From Nitrospiraceae bacterium (GTDB lineage Bacteria > Nitrospirota > Thermodesulfovibrionia > UBA6902), in NCBI GenBank assembly GCA_020356065.1, contig CP070632.1, positions 58,665 through 122,664 of the forward strand: a DNA stretch of 64,000 nucleotides. The letters run 5' to 3'. The translations under genes were made by a program, and so were the position numbers. Positions within the stretch are counted from its first letter, which is position 1; each line of letters begins with the position of its first letter. This document shows positions 59,674 through 64,000 of the stretch, in pieces. Under the pieces are notes generated by a model, which made no database searches, was not told the origin of the DNA, and saw nothing but the letters and a program-made list of their open reading frames with translations.

Positions 59674-60639
59674 ATGGATGAGATAAAGAAAAAGTTATGG
59701 GCCATTGGCGGAGGCAAGGGAGGTGTCGGAAAAAGCATCGTATCGATTATGCTCGGGGCTTCCCTTGCCAGACAGGGGAAAAAAGTCATACTGGTAGATG
59801 CGGATCTTGGAGGAAGTAATCTTCATACTCTTGTTGGTATTAAATATCCTCTTTATACACTTGCAGATTTTATTAACAGGCAGGTTGAGAATATTGAAGA
59901 GGTCGTGATGGATACCCCGGTAGAAAACATGCAACTCATATGCGGAGCTGATGATATACTTGGCATAGCCAATCCGAAAAACACGCAAAAGAACCGCCTC
60001 TTTAATCATCTGAAGAATCTAAAGGCTGATTATATTGTGCTGGATCTCGGCGCCGGTGCTTCGTTTACAACAATGGATTTTTTCCTTTTTGCCACCAATA
60101 AAATATGTGTCCTTACTCCACAGATAACATCAATTCAAAATGCATATGGATTTATTAAGGCCAGTATGTACAGAGGATTAATGCAGGTCTTCAGAGGTGA
60201 ACCAGGGGCGCAGGATATGGTGAGACGTGCCAGTTCTGCTATTGAGGGTGAGAATATTGATTCAATAGATACACTAAAAGATTCTCTGAAAAATCTTGAC
60301 GAGCATTTTGAAAGTGACCTGAATACATACATCGAAAGTTTAAAAATCAAGACTATTGTAAATATGGTCAGAAATGACAGAGAAAAAGAGGTAGGCAATA
60401 TTGTCAGGTCTGTTGCAGAAAACTACCTGAATCTGCCTCTTGAGAATTATGGTTATGTGCCATATGACAGGATACTGGTTAATTCGATAAATCACATGCC
60501 CGAGTTTCTTAAGAACAGAAAAGACAGCATGTCAAGCATGAGTTTTTATGAAATAGCCGGAAGTATTATCCGCGACAGTGAGCAGCCGTCCACATCTGAA
60601 AGCCGGTTCAGTGTGAAGATCCCTGCAAGCAGGCTATAA
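59674..60639 (+). CDS. MinD/ParA-family P-loop ATPase (FlhG/FleN-like)
   Basis: Deviant Walker A 'GGGKGGVGKS' and the 'DADLGGSNLH' motif. 321 aa. Confidence 0.75.
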   Translation: MDEIKKKLWAIGGGKGGVGKSIVSIMLGASLARQGKKVILVDADLGGSNLHTLVGIKYPLYTLADFINRQVENIEEVVMDTPVENMQLICGADDILGIANPKNTQKNRLFNHLKNLKADYIVLDLGAGASFTTMDFFLFATNKICVLTPQITSIQNAYGFIKASMYRGLMQVFRGEPGAQDMVRRASSAIEGENIDSIDTLKDSLKNLDEHFESDLNTYIESLKIKTIVNMVRNDREKEVGNIVRSVAENYLNLPLENYGYVPYDRILVNSINHMPEFLKNRKDSMSSMSFYEIAGSIIRDSEQPSTSESRFSVKIPASRL

Positions 60640-60864
60640 AAGTGTCCTGAACACTCATTGCACACATACTGCATGCGAACGCATTTCCCGACTTCATTAT
60701 AAAATCGTCATGAAAATGACAAATATCAAAATCTAAATGTCAAATTATATCCCATTAACTTAATATCGACAAAATTTCTTAAATGAAAATTTTGTCATTC
60801 ATTTGGCATTTGAACTTTGACATTTGACTGCAAGATTGTATTTATATAAACACGAACTGAGACA

Positions 60865-62076
60865 TCAAGGGGAGACAGGTCTTCTTACCAGATCATTGGC
60901 CCTTACTCCTGGTTCTGAAGGGATGATTACCATCTGTTCATTTCTGGCTGACTCAATAGGCAGCCCCTCTCTGCTTAATATCTTGTCTACGACATACGTC
61001 CTGTTTTCAATGCCATGAGAAAGAAACTGGATGGTATCTCCGAGTTTGAGAGTATTTCTCAATGCCAACTGAACATGTCCGTTGTTCAGTGACGTGACAA
61101 TTCCGACGAGTTCATGGCTCATTGAATATTTGTTCTTCTCATCATGATTGTAATCTCTATCCGGCTGCTTGCCGAAAAACATTCCGGTCGTATATCCCCT
61201 GCTTGAGAACATTGATAATTCATTCATCGATTGCTTACTCACTTTATAAGGTTTGTGATGAAGCCCGTCGATAGCCTCCCTGTATGTTTTTACAACTCCC
61301 GCAACATAGTTGATGCCTTTCATCCTGCCTTCTATTTTAAAACTGTTAATTCCCGCATCATACAGCTTGTCTAGATGCTCAATCATGCACAAGTCCCTTG
61401 AGCTCATCACATACGTACCCCTGTCATTCTCATACACCGGATGCCGTTCTTCAGGTCGCATCTCTTCCATTAAGGTATAGTTCCATCTGCATGAATTGGT
61501 GCATTCACCAAGATTGCCTGATCTGTTTGCCAAAAAACTGCTAATATAACATCTGCCAGAATAGGAAATGCATATCGCTCCATGGACAAAGCACTCAAGA
61601 TCAATGGATACGTTATCACGTATCTCTTTTATTTCATCCAGGGACAGTTCTCTTGCAAGTACGAGTCTCCTTGCACCAAGCTGCTCCCAGAACCTGGCAG
61701 CTCTGTGGTTAGTAATATTTGCCTGTGTGCTGATGTGCACCGGGATCTCAGGAACAGAATCAATGGCCATTTCTACCACTCCCGGATCTGAAATGATAAT
61801 ACCGTCGGGCCTGATGTTTCTCAGCTCATGAAGATGATGCCTGATCATTGCAATATCCCTGTTATGAGGGAAGATATTAACTGTGATGTACAGTTTCTTC
61901 CCCTTACGGCGTATTAACCCGGCAGCATCCTGGAGTTCTTTGAAAGTGAAGTTGTCGGCCCTGGCCCTGAGACTCAACTCGGAAATGCCCATGTATACGG
62001 CATCGGCACCGTAGTGCAGCGCAGTTACAAGTTTTTCAAAATTACCCGCGGGAGCAAGCAGTTCAGGCTTTTTCAT
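60865..62076 (-). CDS. Peptidase U32 family protein (likely Fe-S RNA/quinone hydroxylase such as RlhA/TrhP/UbiU)
   Basis: U32 core with the conserved Cys cluster 'CISYSGRC...GECTNSC'. Confidence 0.8.
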   Translation of the reverse strand: MKKPELLAPAGNFEKLVTALHYGADAVYMGISELSLRARADNFTFKELQDAAGLIRRKGKKLYITVNIFPHNRDIAMIRHHLHELRNIRPDGIIISDPGVVEMAIDSVPEIPVHISTQANITNHRAARFWEQLGARRLVLARELSLDEIKEIRDNVSIDLECFVHGAICISYSGRCYISSFLANRSGNLGECTNSCRWNYTLMEEMRPEERHPVYENDRGTYVMSSRDLCMIEHLDKLYDAGINSFKIEGRMKGINYVAGVVKTYREAIDGLHHKPYKVSKQSMNELSMFSSRGYTTGMFFGKQPDRDYNHDEKNKYSMSHELVGIVTSLNNGHVQLALRNTLKLGDTIQFLSHGIENRTYVVDKILSREGLPIESARNEQMVIIPSEPGVRANDLVRRPVSP

Positions 62077-62274
62077 AAATGATATATTACCTCTTTGAGG
62101 CTGATAATTTCCTGTTTAGGCACTTACAGGATATATCACCTGACGCATAATGAGGGATGGTTCATGGTGAAAAGAAAGGAATGGTTGATCAGCCAGGCAG
62201 TAGATTGCAGACAATACGGGGAATAATTCATTCCGGATTCCGGCTGCGTAACTCAGTCAGGAAATTATGATTTG

Positions 62275-62592
62275 TTATGACTTTATCAGATGGGCATGTG
62301 TCATTGAATACTCATTGAATAACTCGATATAGTCCAGCCCCTCTTCAGCAGTGATATGTAAAAAGACTTCACATCCCACGCAGCTTTCAAGCTTTGATGT
62401 ATATGTGCCCTGGATCTTGCTACAGCAGATTGTTCCTTCCGCTGACCAGCATGATCGTCCTGCATTGATTCCTCCATTTGCTCCGTTTTTTGATGTGCAC
62501 GTGGATGCAGGACATGCTCCACGCTTTGCAGCCTTTTTTCCGCCCAGCTCTCTGCCACACTTTTTAATGTCCCAGCAGTTTAGTTTATCCAT
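62275..62592 (-). CDS. Small Cys-rich protein (105 aa), unknown function
   Basis: Eleven Cys in 75 residues: 'NCWDIKKCG', 'GACPASTC', 'SCWSAEGTICC', 'CVGCEVF'. Confidence 0.4.
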   Translation of the reverse strand: MDKLNCWDIKKCGRELGGKKAAKRGACPASTCTSKNGANGGINAGRSCWSAEGTICCSKIQGTYTSKLESCVGCEVFLHITAEEGLDYIELFNEYSMTHAHLIKS

Positions 62593-63118
62593 AATTTCTA
62601 TCTCCTTATTGGTTATCTATGTAATCGGCTGTCTCTCTGTTAATCTTTACAATAAAATGATTTCAGTTCCGGATTTAATCAGCTTACATAAGCAATTTAT
62701 ATGCCAACACAATGAGCATGATTAATGTCGTGATGCAGCTTCATTTACAGAAATATTTTAACTGTGATTAAACATACAATCCATATAATTTTAAAAAGAG
62801 AGGTACACTGAAAAAAACTTATTCATCAATACGTTAGAGATAAATATCAATAACACTTTTTAAGATATGTTCTTAATCGGGATTAATGCATATAACGAAT
62901 CTCGTCTCATTTTAATAAGTTTTTTTAGTATGACTGTCCTGACAAGAATCTCAATGAATTTTACTGGCGAGGAATTTCTGTATGATTTCACAGACGAAAA
63001 ATAAAGGGAAAAAGATTTTAGGCTACTGGTAATATCATATAAAAAAACCAGATATAAAGAACAGTGAACATTAATGCATCCAGGTACTAATTTCCCGAAC
63101 AACACCCGGAAGAAGGAA

Positions 63119-63142
63119 GGCAGCCAGGGGGGGCTGGCTGCC
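63119..63142. other. GC-rich perfect hairpin GGCAGCCAG-GGGGG-CTGGCTGCC in an AT-rich 840-bp noncoding stretch
   Basis: 9-bp perfect stem. No clean U-run on either strand. Confidence 0.3.
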
Positions 63143-63431
63143 TTTAGGGGAGATGAAAGGACCTGTGTCCATTCATCTGTAACAATTGATAGTTTTAGGT
63201 TATGGAAAGAATATGAAGATAATATGAATGTCTTCCGACTCTGAGGAATTATTAACTAATTCAAAGAGTTGTCATGAACGTAGTCTGATCAATCTAAAAT
63301 AAATGTCATGACAGAAAATAACCCTGCATATCCGGTTTGCAGTATAACGCATATTTTTATACTATTTTATGCAGAAGTGAAGATAGTGGAAATTAATAAT
63401 TAATTTTTCTCAACACAGATGCGGACAGGTA

Positions 63432-64000
63432 ATGTTTATTGTTCAAAAACGACACTTCAATAAAGTATTGTTATTGATTATTATGGTTGTATTATTCTGT
63501 TTTTTCCAGTTCTACTGGGATATTGCCTCCTATGTTACACCGGAAGAAACCGGGAATTTGCTTTCGGGAGCAGGTAGTCTGGCGCCACTGTTATATATTG
63601 CTACTATGGCTCTTGCGGTAGTAATCAGTCCTGTTCCCAGCCTGCCGCTGGATATTGCTGCCGGTGCATTCTTTGGCCCTTTTTTAGGTACCCTGTATTC
63701 TGTCAAAGGAGCATTGTCCGGTTCGGTTGTCAGTTTCATGATTTCACGTTTTATTGGACGGGAATTTATCGAACGACTGCTGGGCGGTCATATAAATTTC
63801 TGCACCGAATGCTCAGACGGATTATTAAGCAAAATTGTTTTTTTCTCCCTTCTCCTACCTATCGTATCATTTGATGTCATCAGCTATGGCGCCGGATTGA
63901 CGAAGATGTCTCTCAGGAAATTCACCCTGGCAACGGTGCTGGGGATGATACCCCTTACCTTTATCTACAATTACTTCGGCTCGGTACTGGTTATCGGAAA
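63432..64000 (+). CDS. DedA/TVP38/SNARE-associated family membrane protein (5' partial; runs off the window)
   Basis: The translation 'MFIVQKRHF...LLYIATMALAVVISPVPSLPLDIAAGAFFGPFLGTLYS...' carries the DedA signature region. The ORF is open to the window end. Confidence 0.7.
   Translation, partial: MFIVQKRHFNKVLLLIIMVVLFCFFQFYWDIASYVTPEETGNLLSGAGSLAPLLYIATMALAVVISPVPSLPLDIAAGAFFGPFLGTLYSVKGALSGSVVSFMISRFIGREFIERLLGGHINFCTECSDGLLSKIVFFSLLLPIVSFDVISYGAGLTKMSLRKFTLATVLGMIPLTFIYNYFGSVLVIG

Noticed and set aside
60795-60835. σ54 promoter in 'TTGGCATTTGAACTTTGACATTTGAC'
   Set aside because: TGGCAT is present, but the -12 TTGC element is not at the required spacing. The site also lies between convergent gene ends with no downstream gene on that strand.
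60824-61018. 64-aa plus-strand ORF downstream of the TGACA-rich region
   Set aside because: It overlaps the U32 gene in antisense. No ribosome-binding site, and a compositionally odd product.
63530-63739. 69-aa minus-strand ORF
   Set aside because: It lies fully inside the plus-strand DedA-family gene, which has a clear membrane-protein signature. Antisense artefact.
1-64000. rRNA, tRNA, integrase/transposase, prophage, toxin-antitoxin or restriction-modification genes
   Set aside because: No ORF with recombinase, transposase or nuclease signatures other than the EndoQ-like gene. No rRNA-like conserved stretches. tRNAs cannot be rigorously excluded by eye, but no cloverleaf-like GC-rich 75-nt segments were spotted in the intergenic regions.

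Overview
This 64 kb window is a gene-dense bacterial chromosomal segment, about 42% GC. It reads as a σ54-using, multiheme-cytochrome-encoding, probably anaerobic organism; the phylum cannot be assigned from sequence alone. The housekeeping backbone is clear and includes gatA-gatB, a σ54-dependent NtrC-type regulator, ftsH, folP, rnr, a cobA/hemD fusion, a cmk-plsC-rpsA-sppA-ihfB block and an aroA-tyrA-hisC-pheA block. Between these blocks lie several accessory or atypical loci. (1) A candidate synthase-dependent exopolysaccharide or periplasmic glycosylation locus at 32.3-38.7 kb. It contains a processive QxxRW GT2 synthase, an outer-membrane β-barrel, a TPR protein, a large polytopic GT-C-like membrane protein and a DPM1-like GT2. 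(2) An unusual density of c-di-GMP parts: a CBS-PAS-GGDEF cyclase next to a PilZ-DUF4388 protein, a PilZ-TM-SPOR fusion, a PilZ protein paired with a MinD/FlhG-like ATPase, and YajQ. (3) An uninterrupted CysE-CysS (serine acetyltransferase / cysteinyl-tRNA synthetase) fusion ORF. (4) A 1091-aa ferredoxin-molybdopterin oxidoreductase fusion with no Tat signal, flanked by a rhodanese and an ArsR regulator. (5) A copper island with a Met/His-rich periplasmic protein, CopZ, CopA, DUF302 and a CheC-REC protein. (6) A bacterial endonuclease Q-like PHP protein. (7) Two orphan prepilin-type genes behind a candidate σ54 promoter. Noncoding structure is also notable. There is a 154-bp element with perfect 32-bp terminal inverted repeats between aroA and cmk. 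A small intergenic repeat family has GTCATTCCCG/CGGGAATGAC termini and a TCGAAGCGAC core. A 21-bp palindromic motif sits immediately after two stop codons. A 17-bp unit is repeated three times in tandem upstream of rpsA. The same terminator hairpin occurs twice. No rRNA, CRISPR, integrase or prophage genes were seen. tRNAs cannot be excluded by eye.
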